Source: Candidatus Poribacteria bacterium (GTDB lineage: Bacteria; Poribacteria; WGA-4E; PCPOR2b). Taken from it: 64,000 bases of DNA. A program made the position numbers and the translations under genes. The stretch lies in assembly GCA_965116925.1 (NCBI GenBank), contig OZ220744.1, positions 672,001-736,000 of the forward strand, read 5' to 3'. This document shows, piece by piece, positions 39,887-51,634 of the stretch; within the stretch, counting starts at the first letter, position 1, and every line of letters begins with the position of its first letter. Under the pieces are notes generated by a model, which was given only the letters and a program-made list of their open reading frames with translations, did no database searches and was not told the DNA's origin.

Positions 39887-40699
39887 TTATGTTTCATTAT
39901 GTTTACCCTTTCCTAAGCGATTTCTTGGGGACCGTTGATCGACTTGCTTAAGAAAATCCATGAATCTGCGTATGGTATCACTGAGCTCTTCCGAGTCCTG
40001 ACGCGTTGTATGAACGATTCGCCAGAATTTACCATAGTTCCCGGGATCAAGGACCCAATCCGCTTTTTTCTTGCTATATACGTACACTTGTTCGCCTTCA
40101 ATTTTTCCACCTGTTATTGTTAAGCGCTTATCACGTTCTCTGGCGATTTCTGCAGCTGGAAGAATAAGGCTTGCAAAGATGTGTGGGAATTCGCCAATGA
40201 CTTCCTTATCTTCTGAAACTATGTTTTTCCATTTCCAGCCGACTAATAACAACATATCTTTCAGCGGATCAATCCATATAGTTGGTGTACTGAAACGCGC
40301 TGCTTGTTCATCAGAGTCTGCATCAACTGCCTTCATCTCGATTCTAAGCAGAGCCGAGAATGTGTTATCGCGAAGATAGAAGTCCGGGTATTCATGAGAA
40401 GTAGCAAAGGTTAACAGATATTGATCATTATATCGTTCGTTAAGCAAACAAGCCATCGTTGTACTCAGAGCATATTCAAGGACTATTCCAATTCGTGTCC
40501 GATAGCTTGACAATTGACGCTTATCGGTTGGAAGTGGTTCGATTTGACGCGGTGATTTAGCAAGGTGCTTGGGCGAGAAATTAGCATTGACTTCTGCAAC
40601 CGCTTCCGTAAGCAAGGTGTTGAAATACGCAGAAATCCGATGAATATCCCAATCTTTCTGTGAAAGCAATTCTGGTAGTATCATAATTGTTGCTATCAA
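39887..40699 (-). CDS. Putative PD-(D/E)xK restriction endonuclease
   Basis: GIVLEY..YPDF..IEMK; convergent with the methyltransferase; alternative start at ATG 40684. Confidence 0.65.
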   Translation of the reverse strand: MIATIMILPELLSQKDWDIHRISAYFNTLLTEAVAEVNANFSPKHLAKSPRQIEPLPTDKRQLSSYRTRIGIVLEYALSTTMACLLNERYNDQYLLTFATSHEYPDFYLRDNTFSALLRIEMKAVDADSDEQAARFSTPTIWIDPLKDMLLLVGWKWKNIVSEDKEVIGEFPHIFASLILPAAEIARERDKRLTITGGKIEGEQVYVYSKKKADWVLDPGNYGKFWRIVHTTRQDSEELSDTIRRFMDFLKQVDQRSPRNRLGKGKHNET

Positions 40700-40726
40700 T
40701 CAACTAGGTTGTTCAATTCAAACCAT

Positions 40727-41902
40727 TTAGTAAGTGGTATCACGTTTTACTGTCCCACTTCGCCAAAGCTGAAACGCGAGTATCGCCGAAATAACAACCA
40801 TTCCAGCAGCCACAGTAAACGGCAAGGAGATAGCCACCGATTCGAGTCTCCCTCCAACCATGTGTCCTGAGAGGAAACCAGAACTCCACGCGAGATGGGT
40901 AATCCCAACCCCCCGTCCCTTCTCCTCTTTCGCAAAGAATTCATCAATAAGGCGAGGCATTGTGATTGAAACCGACCATGCTGCCCCCGCACCGAAGACC
41001 CCCAATACAAATAGCAGCGTTGTCGAGTCCGTATTTAGCGTAATCAGAACTACGTTCAGCGCGACCAGACAGGTTGCCACAAGGGCAGTGGGCTTAGCAC
41101 CGACAACGTCACAAATGCGGCCTGCTATCAGCTGGCAGCAGGCGGCAAACAGATCTCTTGATGCACCGTAGTATCCTGCCAGCCTAACACCGGAAGCGCG
41201 TGCCATTAGAACCGGCAGCAGGAGGCTAACTGTTCCCCAAGAGTAGGTCGGCAGAAAACGCATACCGAGCAGTAAGCGTACCTCTCGACGGCGGAGCATT
41301 TCCCCATACCCTGCTAACATTTGAGTGAAAGATTTCCGTTCATCCCCCCCGCGCGGCAGGCGAGGTAGAAGGATAAGTGCTACTAAAATGAGCAGGATCA
41401 TGACACAGATCGTCCCACTGCCAACGACTCCATAATTGAAGCGATCTATTAGCTCACCTCCAATTGCGCTGCCCACTGACCCCCCGAATGTGTACGTCAT
41501 GAAGTAGACAGCGGCAGCCAAACCGAGCCGATTCGCGTCAACGGCACTGATGAGATACGATTGGCCACCCGCTATACGGAAACCGGAGGCAATCCCCTGA
41601 TAGCACAGCACTCCCCAAATCAGCAACGGTTGTTTGCTTATGAACACGACTCCCACAACCAAGGCACCTGTCATGCCCAAGATTAGCGTGGACTTCCGAC
41701 CCAATCGATCGCTTAACGCGCCACCGACCAAAGCAAACAAACCACCGAGTGCGATTGGGATTGCGCGTAATAACGCGGCAAACCATACTGTTTTTCCCAA
41801 TGCCTCTTCCACGTAAACTGGGAACAAGAGCTCGATTGGTGCGGTGACAAGTCCTGCTGCAAGTAAGATAAGGCACAATGAGATGAATTGACGATTCCAC
41901 AT
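40727..41902 (-). CDS. MFS transporter
   Basis: GALSDRLGRK motif A; about 12 TM segments. Confidence 0.9.
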   Translation of the reverse strand: MWNRQFISLCLILLAAGLVTAPIELLFPVYVEEALGKTVWFAALLRAIPIALGGLFALVGGALSDRLGRKSTLILGMTGALVVGVVFISKQPLLIWGVLCYQGIASGFRIAGGQSYLISAVDANRLGLAAAVYFMTYTFGGSVGSAIGGELIDRFNYGVVGSGTICVMILLILVALILLPRLPRGGDERKSFTQMLAGYGEMLRRREVRLLLGMRFLPTYSWGTVSLLLPVLMARASGVRLAGYYGASRDLFAACCQLIAGRICDVVGAKPTALVATCLVALNVVLITLNTDSTTLLFVLGVFGAGAAWSVSITMPRLIDEFFAKEEKGRGVGITHLAWSSGFLSGHMVGGRLESVAISLPFTVAAGMVVISAILAFQLWRSGTVKRDTTY

Positions 41903-42134
41903 CAGATTACGGGCACCTGTCGCGGTTTAGATGAATTACACATAGGCAAATCTCCATTGGCAACTACGCCAAGGGCTTAATGGAAATCGAGAGTAACTGC
42001 ATTGTTGGTGGGTTCATTATACAGATTAATAAAAGGAATGCAAGGCTTTAATTGATGTTTGCCGTTGTATCGTGTGGAGAAAATATGATAAAATGACAGG
42101 CAAAATCGAACCAAGTTGTTAAAAGGAGAAAAAC

Positions 42135-43166
42135 ATGAATTATAGACGTTTAGGAAGAACTGGGCTTAAGGTTTCAGAGGTCTGTCTGGGTACAATGACC
42201 TTTGGGGCAGCCGGCTGGGGTAACAATGAAGCCGAATCGGATGCGATTTTCAACTTCGCGTTGGATGCTGGCATTAATTTTTATGATGTCGCGAATTCTT
42301 ACGCCGAAGGTCAATCGGAGACCATCTTGGGACGTATCATGAAAGGGAAGCGAGACAAACTGATTATCGCTACCAAAGTGTTCAACCCGATGGGAACGGA
42401 CATCAACGACTCTGGAACCTCGCGGGTGCATATCATGAGATCGGTAGAAGACAGTCTGAGGCGCCTGCAGATCGATCATATCGATCTCTACCTCATCCAT
42501 CATGTCGATCGGGAGACACCGACCGAGGAACGTTTACGTGCCCTCGACGATCTCGTGCATCAAGGCAAGGTCCGATACATCGGTTGTAGCAACGAGTACG
42601 CTTGGCGGTTGTGTGATGCCCTATGGATTAGCGAGGTGAATAATTTAGCGCGCTATGAAGCCCTTCAACCCCAGTACAATTTGTTGACACGGGATATCGA
42701 AGAAGAGATCTTGCCGGTCTGTCGTGATAAGGGAGTCGGCGTGTATGTCTGGGGACCATTGGCGTCCGGATACTTAACCGGAAAGTATAAGGCAGGCGAG
42801 CCACCTCCCGCAGATTCGCGCTTTGCTCGAAGGACGGAATCTTCAATGGATCGGTATCTTGATCCACGGATACAGAAAATCTTAGAAGCGGTCCAAGATG
42901 TAGCAGAGGGGTTAGGAAAGAGCATGGCACAGGTGGCTTTGCGGTGGATTCTGGAACAGGAGGGAATAACTTCAGTCATCGTTGGATCGACGAAGGTGGA
43001 ACAACTCCGAGATAATGTTGGTTGTTCGGGTTGGAGTCTGCCCGCTGATGCGTTGGCAAGGTTAAACGAAGCTTCCGCCCCTCCAGTCCGTTATCCGGAT
43101 TCGATGGAGCTGAATATCCACGAGCGTCGAGCGGGTGCTGTGGATATGCCGACACTGGAAGCGTAA
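42135..43166 (+). CDS. Aldo/keto reductase
   Basis: LGRTGLKVSEVCLGTMTFG, IATK, DLYLIH, GKVRYIGCSN. Confidence 0.93.
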   Translation: MNYRRLGRTGLKVSEVCLGTMTFGAAGWGNNEAESDAIFNFALDAGINFYDVANSYAEGQSETILGRIMKGKRDKLIIATKVFNPMGTDINDSGTSRVHIMRSVEDSLRRLQIDHIDLYLIHHVDRETPTEERLRALDDLVHQGKVRYIGCSNEYAWRLCDALWISEVNNLARYEALQPQYNLLTRDIEEEILPVCRDKGVGVYVWGPLASGYLTGKYKAGEPPPADSRFARRTESSMDRYLDPRIQKILEAVQDVAEGLGKSMAQVALRWILEQEGITSVIVGSTKVEQLRDNVGCSGWSLPADALARLNEASAPPVRYPDSMELNIHERRAGAVDMPTLEA

Positions 43167-43195
43167 TGCGTAATTCGTCACAAAGAGGTGAAATC

Positions 43196-44479
43196 GTGAG
43201 TGGGACAAATTATCAAGTGGGTGTCGCGAAAATTGATATCACACCAGATTTTCCGGTGCGCCTCAGCGGTTATGGTGGACGGCGAGACGAGGCTGATAGC
43301 GTTGAACAGCGGATCTGGGCGAAGGCGTTAGCGATTCGCAATGGAGCCGAAAGCCCTGCCCTATTAATGACAGTGGATAACTGCGGCGTGCCAGATTACG
43401 TCACCGAGGCGGTCGCTGCGGAATTAAATCGAGATTCAGGTATTCCTCGCGAACAATTTGTTATCTGTTCAACCCATACCCACAGTGCGCCGTACCTTTC
43501 AGGTGTACTACGGACGCTTTTCGGGGAGCCAGTTCCTCAAGCACATCAGGCGAACATTGACCGGTATACTCGCGAATTGACGGAGAAACTGAAGCAGGCA
43601 GCGAAGGCAGCACTCGCAGATCTCTGTCCCGCTTCTCTTTCTTGGGGTGAGGGAAGGGTTGGGTTCGCCGAGAACCGTCGGACGCAGGGAGGTCCCGTTG
43701 ACCACGCCCTGCCGATGCTTCGTGCCACAGGAACTGACGGCCAGCTGCGGGCAATTCTTACTAGTTACGCTTGCCACTGCACCACGTTAGGCGGGGATTT
43801 CAATGCTATTTGTGGGGACTGGGCAGGCTACGCAAGTGCCTACATCGAAGCAGATTATCCCGATGCAACTGCCTTGGTGGCAATCGGGTGTGCAGGAGAT
43901 GCAAACCCCGCACCACGTACCGGACTGAACTTCGCACGGCAACATGGTCACGCGATTGCCGCCGAAGTGAATCGGCTTCTTGGGACCGACCTTGCCACGA
44001 TACAGGGAAAACTCAGCGGACAGGTCAAACAGATCGATCTGCCTTTCGACAAACTACCCACTCGTCAAGAGTGGGAAGAACGGGTAGAGGGCGGCGGGGC
44101 AATCGGTTACCATGCTCAGATCCAACTCGATCGACTGGACCGCGGTGAAGTTCTCCCAACAACGCTCCCTTATCCTATCCAGATCTGGAATTTTGCGGAT
44201 GAACTCGCAGTCGTTTTTCTTCCCGGCGAAGTCGTGGTTGATTATTCGATTCGTCTTAAGCGTGAGTGCGATGTATCGCGTCTGTGGGTCAATGCGTACT
44301 GTAACGACGTGCCGTGTTACATTCCTTCGAGACGCATTTTGAGGGAGGGTGGCTACGAAGGCGAAGGGGCAATGATCTACTACGATCGCCCAACGCGCTT
44401 CGCACCAGCCGTAGAGGATATGATTGTCCGTACTGTCCATGAACTGCTACCGGAGACGTTTCGTGTGGACAGCCTTTGA
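43196..44479 (+). CDS. Neutral/alkaline ceramidase-like hydrolase
   Basis: DITP, THTHSAP, YACHCT, GDW, PGEV; GTG start with GAGGTG RBS. Confidence 0.75.
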   Translation: MSGTNYQVGVAKIDITPDFPVRLSGYGGRRDEADSVEQRIWAKALAIRNGAESPALLMTVDNCGVPDYVTEAVAAELNRDSGIPREQFVICSTHTHSAPYLSGVLRTLFGEPVPQAHQANIDRYTRELTEKLKQAAKAALADLCPASLSWGEGRVGFAENRRTQGGPVDHALPMLRATGTDGQLRAILTSYACHCTTLGGDFNAICGDWAGYASAYIEADYPDATALVAIGCAGDANPAPRTGLNFARQHGHAIAAEVNRLLGTDLATIQGKLSGQVKQIDLPFDKLPTRQEWEERVEGGGAIGYHAQIQLDRLDRGEVLPTTLPYPIQIWNFADELAVVFLPGEVVVDYSIRLKRECDVSRLWVNAYCNDVPCYIPSRRILREGGYEGEGAMIYYDRPTRFAPAVEDMIVRTVHELLPETFRVDSL

Positions 44480-44572
44480 TAGGTGGAATCAGAAAGGTTT
44501 GTGCTTCTACGTCTGCTTCCCGTACTGCGGGGCCTTGCGCCATACAGTTTTGGTATATGCCGACAGCGCTCA

Positions 44573-44917
44573 CTATCCTTGTAGTGCAGCGATAGCTTCG
44601 GCCTCGCTTTCAAAGCGTTCAAAGGTAGTAATTAGTCTTCCTATTACAAGAAGGTTGTTAATACTGTTACTGACGTTAATCACACCGATCCGTCCCTCTT
44701 TGCGTGCAACGGATACGTGCAATCCTATCAGCGTTCCAAGGCCGGAGCTATCCATCCGAGACACATCGGCAAAATCAAATAGAAATTTGGGAGATTCGGA
44801 AGCGGTTTCTAGTTGCCCTTCAATTACCTGTCTGAGTTCACCACCTGCAATACCCACGATTCTTCCACCTAGCCTCAGAATGATAACGCCATCTCTGTGT
44901 TCAACATTGACATCCAT
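44573..44917 (-). CDS. STAS domain anti-sigma factor antagonist
   Basis: DFADVSRMDSSGLGTL. Confidence 0.88.
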   Translation of the reverse strand: MDVNVEHRDGVIILRLGGRIVGIAGGELRQVIEGQLETASESPKFLFDFADVSRMDSSGLGTLIGLHVSVARKEGRIGVINVSNSINNLLVIGRLITTFERFESEAEAIAALQG

Positions 44918-45046
44918 CACTTCTTCTCCTGAAATATTATTCGGCAAAAAGCCGGTTGTTCTAGTAAAGTACAGATTCACTATTGTCTATCTGCGCTCAT
45001 TCTAAACGATATACCATTTTTTGTCAAGCCTACTTTTCTAAAATTG

Positions 45047-45326
45047 TAGGGGCATTTAATTCTCCCCTATTATTGTCTGAATTATGGATAGACGCGGATT
45101 AACCGATTAGAAAGATAAAAGATGCTATCGACAGTTGGCGTAAGAACGCGCAATGAATTGCGCTACTACAAACGGTGGGGAGACCAGATACCTCGCCTAC
45201 GGGTTTGGGTCAGCCCGAACGGTCAAAAAATGGAAAACTATAGTAGATTTTAGAATTAATGGGACACGCCAAACCGGGGGGGCGCAAGTGTTTCTTTATT
45301 TTTTGAATTCACTATAAATAGCCCTA
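45047..45326. mobile_element. Family I MITE-like composite element
   Basis: Ends TAGGGGCATTTA / TAAATAGCCCTA; 9-bp direct repeat CTAAAATTG; contains REPs and a family C copy (45239-45316). Confidence 0.7.
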
Positions 45327-45449
45327 CTAAAATTGGTGAGGTACTTGACAAGATCGAGATTGAGCGTGACGAGATTCTCGTGCATTCAGAGAAAAGAATC
45401 AAAAAACGCGAGAGTTCGTTGATTTATCCAAATTTGTCAGGATCAAACC

Positions 45450-45479
45450 TTGACAAAGCCATCCCTTTGATGATACTAT
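45450..45479 (+). promoter_or_regulatory. Sigma-70 promoter candidate for rplM-rpsI
   Basis: TTGACA followed by TGATACTAT (extended -10). Confidence 0.55.
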
Positions 45480-45699
45480 TTCAGGCTGTCGTGCCTAGCT
45501 TTCGAGATAGGATAGCGCAAGGTGCTAGAGCAGGTTGACATTTCGCTGTAACAGATTCGAGCAACACAGTAATCACTGTGTAATTCCTCCAAATGTCAAC
45601 AGAACCGACCTATTCTCCATTGGGAGATAGGTGGCAAATTGGATGAAGATAGTTGTCGAAAATCTCCCGCTGCGGTGGGAAGTTGTTGAAGGTAAAATT

Positions 45700-46134
45700 A
45701 TGTTATCAATGAAAACATCTTTTGTGGGATCGGATACGGATATCAAATGGTGTGTTGTGGATGCGAATGGGAAGGTACTCGGACGTTTAGCCACTCAAAT
45801 TGCGATGGTCCTTCGGGGGAAACATCACCCCACTTTCACCCCACATGCCGATATGGGCTATCGTGTGGCTGTGATTAACGCAGAAAAAGTCATTGTCACG
45901 GGAAACAAAGCGACAGGCAAAACTTATTTTCGCTATAGCGGTTACCCCGGTGGGGCAAAAGTGAGAACTTTTGAAGAGCAGATGCAGATAAAACCGGAAG
46001 AAATCCTACGGCACGCTGTCAAAGGGATGCTCCCCAAAAATCGCTTGGGCCGCAAACTGATTAAAAAGCTAAAAATCTATGTGGGTCCAAACCACCCTCA
46101 CCAAGCACAGAGCCCGGAAGTGTTAGATGTGTAA
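45700..46134 (+). CDS. rplM: 50S ribosomal protein L13
   Basis: [32 protein letters not shown]; start at 45700 or 45709. Confidence 0.97.
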   Translation: MLSMKTSFVGSDTDIKWCVVDANGKVLGRLATQIAMVLRGKHHPTFTPHADMGYRVAVINAEKVIVTGNKATGKTYFRYSGYPGGAKVRTFEEQMQIKPEEILRHAVKGMLPKNRLGRKLIKKLKIYVGPNHPHQAQSPEVLDV

Positions 46135-46151
46135 TTCTTAGAGGAGGAAGT

Positions 46152-46547
46152 ATGGCTGTAGAACAGTATTGGGGAACGGGTAGACGCAAAACATCTGTTG
46201 CGCGTGTGCGCGTGATTCCAGAAGGCTCAGGCCAATTCGTCGTTAATAAAAAACCGATTGAGGCCTATTTTGATCGGGATGATCTGATCCAGTTGGCTAA
46301 ACAACCGACGGAATTAACAAACAAAAGTAGCGCGTATGATGTATTTGTTAATGCACGAGGAGGCGGTATATCGGGCCAAGCCGGTGCTATTTTGCACGGT
46401 CTCGCGCGTGCGCTTGTTAAGGCAGACGAATCTCTGAAACCGGCTTTGAAGAAAGCCGGATTTCTTACCCGTGATTCCCGTATGGTTGAACGTAAAAAAT
46501 ATGGACAAAAAGGTGCGCGGGCACGGTTCCAATTTTCCAAGCGTTAA
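46152..46547 (+). CDS. rpsI: 30S ribosomal protein S9
   Basis: [12 protein letters not shown]...[16 protein letters not shown]. Confidence 0.98.
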   Translation: MAVEQYWGTGRRKTSVARVRVIPEGSGQFVVNKKPIEAYFDRDDLIQLAKQPTELTNKSSAYDVFVNARGGGISGQAGAILHGLARALVKADESLKPALKKAGFLTRDSRMVERKKYGQKGARARFQFSKR

Positions 46548-46577
46548 GAATCAGCCCGATTACGGATTGGGTTTTGA

Positions 46578-47891
<1,314 letters not shown>

Positions 47892-47985
47892 TTGTTCGAT
47901 GGGCAGACAATAGCCATTTTAAGGTTGACAATCTCTAAGCGCATTAGGTATTATTTCTGCTCGTTTTTGCTAATAGATCCATCGA

Positions 47986-48058
47986 GGGCCGTTAGCTCAG
48001 TAGGTAGAGCATCTGACTTTTAATCAGGTGGTCACAGGTTCGATTCCTGTACGGCTCA
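47986..48058 (+). tRNA. tRNA-Lys(TTT)
   Basis: Cloverleaf; anticodon loop CTTTTAA; CCA not encoded. Confidence 0.93.
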
Positions 48059-48064
48059 CTTGTT

Positions 48065-48139
<75 letters not shown>

Positions 48140-48145
48140 TTTTTT

Positions 48146-48182
48146 AGCCCTTTCCACATTCGATATGGAAAGGGCTTTTTTT
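48146..48182 (+). terminator. Intrinsic terminator after the tRNAs
   Basis: AGCCCTTTCCA..TGGAAAGGGCT followed by a T run. Confidence 0.85.
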
Positions 48183-48184
48183 AT

Positions 48185-49585
48185 CGAAAAAACCTTTAGG
48201 TCTAAAACCCCAACATTTATGTTTGGGATACAGACGGCTTTAGCGGTTTTTCTTGAGCCTCTGTGCAAAATATGGTACAGTTGTCTTGTCTTTCGTGGGA
48301 GAATGCTACCCCTATCGCACGATAGGGTCTCCTACACTCCCGTAGCATAGGCATGAAAGCCAGAAAGACAGTCCCTGATGAAAACCTACAAGTTCAAGTT
48401 GTATAGTAATCACGGTAATCGTGAGTTGCACAAGACAATAGACGGTCATGCTGATGTGTGGAATCATTGCGTTGCGCTTCAGCGTCGGTACTACGCAATC
48501 TATAGCAAATATATCAGCAAGTTTAGACTGATAAATCACATCTCTAAGTTGAAACGATTGCCTCGGTTTACCCATTGGAATCAGTTGCCCAGCCAAGCGA
48601 TTCAAGACGTAGCATCACGAATCGACAAAGGCTACCGGGCAATGTTTGAAGCGAGGGCACAAGGCAAAGCGTGGGGTCGTCCTCGCTTCAAGCCCCGTCG
48701 TAAATACAAATCATTCACATTGCTTCAAGCGGGTTGGCAACTGTTACCGGGCAACCGTATCAAAATAGGTAAAGGTATCTATCAGTATTTCAAATCCCGT
48801 GACGTGCGTGGCAACCCCAAGCGTTGCACAATCAAACGGGACGCTATCGGTGATGTCTATATCTGTATCTTAACTGACTATGTAGAACCGGACTTAAATC
48901 GACTCACGACGGGTAAAATCGCGGGGTTTGATTTCGGTCTGAAAAGGTATCTTACCGGTCATAACGGACACGATATAGAATCGCCACAGTTTTTTAAGCG
49001 CAGTATCCATTCTATCAAACGTGCAAACCGCGCGCATTCACGGAAAAAGAAAAAATCAAAGAACCGTGAACGTGCACGGCTTGACTTGGCACGAAAACAC
49101 CGCAAGATTGAACGCCAACGGGCGGATTTCCATTGGAAGTTGGCACACCAACTGACAGATGAATACGACGAGATACGCCTTGAGGACTTGAACCTACAAG
49201 GCATGAAATCCCTCTGGGGGCGTAAGGTCAGTGACCTGGGCTTTGCCGATTTTGTCAAAAAGTTGGTGTATATCGCCTCGAAAAAAGGTGTCAAAATCAC
49301 CTTCATTGATAAGTGGTATCCTTCGAGTAAAACTTGCTCGGTCTGCGGTGCGGTCAATGAAGCGTTGAATCTGCGGGATAGAACTTGGCAGTGTAACGAT
49401 TGTGGCACGGTGCATGACCGAGACCGCAACGCTGCAATTAATATCTACCGGGTTGGGGCGTCAACCCATGAAGGAGAGGACATAAGACCCGATTCGTCGG
49501 GCAATCCTTGTTGATAGCACAATTCCACTCCTATTGGCAAGGGACTCGTAAGAATCCCAATCCTTTAGGTTTGGGAGTACGTCAA
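48185..49585 (+). mobile_element. IS200/IS605-family TnpB-only (IS1341-like) element
   Basis: Left: TTAT|CGAAAA, then a hairpin at 48208-48227. Right: GAAT, a hairpin at 49556-49575, then TCAA|. No tnpA. Confidence 0.85.
48378..49514 (+). CDS. tnpB: RNA-guided endonuclease TnpB
   Basis: RuvC motifs GFDFGL, LEDL, DRDRNAA; CxxC..CxxC zinc finger. Confidence 0.93.
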   Translation: MKTYKFKLYSNHGNRELHKTIDGHADVWNHCVALQRRYYAIYSKYISKFRLINHISKLKRLPRFTHWNQLPSQAIQDVASRIDKGYRAMFEARAQGKAWGRPRFKPRRKYKSFTLLQAGWQLLPGNRIKIGKGIYQYFKSRDVRGNPKRCTIKRDAIGDVYICILTDYVEPDLNRLTTGKIAGFDFGLKRYLTGHNGHDIESPQFFKRSIHSIKRANRAHSRKKKKSKNRERARLDLARKHRKIERQRADFHWKLAHQLTDEYDEIRLEDLNLQGMKSLWGRKVSDLGFADFVKKLVYIASKKGVKITFIDKWYPSSKTCSVCGAVNEALNLRDRTWQCNDCGTVHDRDRNAAINIYRVGASTHEGEDIRPDSSGNPC

Positions 49586-49605
49586 TTACACTCCGAAATA
49601 CTCAC
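49440..49605 (+). ncRNA. Predicted TnpB omega/reRNA, guide starting at 49586
   Basis: Inferred from established TnpB biology (scaffold overlaps the tnpB 3' end and right end); the 5' boundary is a guess. Confidence 0.5.
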
Positions 49606-49620
49606 TGAATATCTGCCTAC

Positions 49621-51615
49621 CTATACCAACTCCTCAAAACCCAACTCGTGCGGAGATTCATAGAAAATGGGACGCATCTGCAGATTCGTCTGGATAGGCG
49701 TTGCTTCCAGATCGACAGGCAAATAAATCGAGAACGTTGTCCCGTGCCCTTCCTCGCTGTGGAGATCTATTCTGCCTCGATGGTCACGGATCGTTCGTTG
49801 GACAATGTTCAAACCAAAGCCGCTCCCGTGCTGTTTGAGCGTGTATCCGGGTTGGTAGAGTTGGTCACGCACTTCATAGGGGATGCCAACCCCTGTGTCG
49901 ATAAAGGAGATTTGGATCTGGGACGATTCTGGTAGGTAGGCAGTTTTGATCTGGAGAAAGCCACCGCCTTCCATCGCGTCAACAGCATTAATAATTAGAT
50001 TGTTAAATGCTTCCTTCAACTGGCTAGAGTCCCCTTTGACCGGGGGCAGGCGTGTATCGAAAATTTGCTGGCACTCAATGTCTTTAGCTTCAAAAATAGG
50101 CATCAAGTTTCGCAATAATGTATCAAGGATTCTGTTAATATCAGTTAGCCCAAAGACCGGTTCTTCCATACGTAACTGCTGTAAAAGTTCAACCATTTCG
50201 TTATAGCACCCCTCATGTTGCGTGAGGATCTGATTGAGGGTGGTGTGCAGCTTGGAATCCGGTTCCGCTTGACGAGATGCAGATCGCAGTTGTCCGCCGG
50301 TTGCACTAACCAAGTTTTTCAGGCGGTGCAGTTGGGAGTAGAGACTCTGATACGCTTCCGCTCGCGCAACATCCATCAATGAAAGCGTGAGGTGAAAAAT
50401 GATATGTGCAGCTGTCTGTGGTTCCGCCTCTAACCATGCTTGCAGATCTTTCAGGATTTCTTCATCCCGCTCGTAGAAGTAGAGTTTGGCAAGATTATGA
50501 TAAGGTGATTCATAATCCGGGTAACGTTGGATAACCTGCTTAAATTCTGCGGCAGCCTTATCAATCATGTTTTTTTGGAGATAGAGGAGGCCAAGATTAT
50601 TTTGCGCTTGCGGTGAGGGAGCATGTTCCAAGCCGGTTTTGTAGGCATAAATTGCGAGGTCTGCATCTTCTGGGCGGTCATCATACAGGCTTCCAAGAAC
50701 AAAGAACACCTGACCGAGCAGCTCAAAGGTCTGTAATTCATCGTCACGCTTGATTAGTTCGATAAATTGATCGATCGCCTGTTGACGACATTCTGGGCGC
50801 GTATACCGATGTTTCGCATAAAGCAATCCAAGTTCAAATCGAGCGTCCAAATGTTCAGGATCTCGTTCAATCGCGTACTGCAAGCAGTGGATCGCTCGAT
50901 CCACATCGCCATATAGATTTAAGTAAATTTCTGCTAGGTGATAGTGGGCATCTGGTTCCCGTGGCTCAACTTCAAGGATTCCTTCAAAAACCCGCTCTGC
51001 GTCTTCCCACTGTTGCCGTTTAATGTACAAGACCCCAAGGTTATGGCGTGCCGCATGAAACGCCGGCGCGCGGCTGACAACCTGCTTGAAGTCCTCGCAC
51101 GCTTTCTCAAGATCGCCTAGTTTCTCGTAAAGTAAACCCCGATTGTACCATGCTTCAATGTATGAGGAATCCAACTCGATTGCGCGAGTAAATTCGTGGA
51201 TTGCCTGCCCCCATGCCCCCTCAAGTTCCGTCCAATCTTCTAACAACTGCCCCAAAACATAATGGTAGTTTGCATTCTGTGGATTCAATTCAATTGCTTT
51301 TTGGAGTGCTTCTTGGGCAAGATCAAACTCACCTTCTTTATAATATGCGAAACCGAGACTGTGGTGGACCGCTGCACAGGCTGGATCAAACTCAAGTGCG
51401 CGTTTATAGGCATTGACTGCAAGGGAATACTGACGCTGGACAGGCTCTAAATACCAATTGCCAAGCGCGTATTGATCGCGCGCTTCCTTGGAGGTGGGCA
51501 AGGCAGATTCGGTAGTGGAAACGGGAGGGGCAGGCTCTCCGCTGGCAGCGGGTGAAGTATCGTGAAGTTCATGTCCCTGGAAGTGTGATTTCACGGTGGG
51601 CTTTGCGTTGGACAT
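49621..51615 (-). CDS. TPR-repeat histidine kinase (soluble)
   Basis: Many TPRs; LHRLKN H-box; NLIINA, DTGVGI, GSGFGL. Confidence 0.85.
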   Translation of the reverse strand: MSNAKPTVKSHFQGHELHDTSPAASGEPAPPVSTTESALPTSKEARDQYALGNWYLEPVQRQYSLAVNAYKRALEFDPACAAVHHSLGFAYYKEGEFDLAQEALQKAIELNPQNANYHYVLGQLLEDWTELEGAWGQAIHEFTRAIELDSSYIEAWYNRGLLYEKLGDLEKACEDFKQVVSRAPAFHAARHNLGVLYIKRQQWEDAERVFEGILEVEPREPDAHYHLAEIYLNLYGDVDRAIHCLQYAIERDPEHLDARFELGLLYAKHRYTRPECRQQAIDQFIELIKRDDELQTFELLGQVFFVLGSLYDDRPEDADLAIYAYKTGLEHAPSPQAQNNLGLLYLQKNMIDKAAAEFKQVIQRYPDYESPYHNLAKLYFYERDEEILKDLQAWLEAEPQTAAHIIFHLTLSLMDVARAEAYQSLYSQLHRLKNLVSATGGQLRSASRQAEPDSKLHTTLNQILTQHEGCYNEMVELLQQLRMEEPVFGLTDINRILDTLLRNLMPIFEAKDIECQQIFDTRLPPVKGDSSQLKEAFNNLIINAVDAMEGGGFLQIKTAYLPESSQIQISFIDTGVGIPYEVRDQLYQPGYTLKQHGSGFGLNIVQRTIRDHRGRIDLHSEEGHGTTFSIYLPVDLEATPIQTNLQMRPIFYESPHELGFEELV

Positions 51616-51634
51616 GGGGCATCACCTTGGCGGC

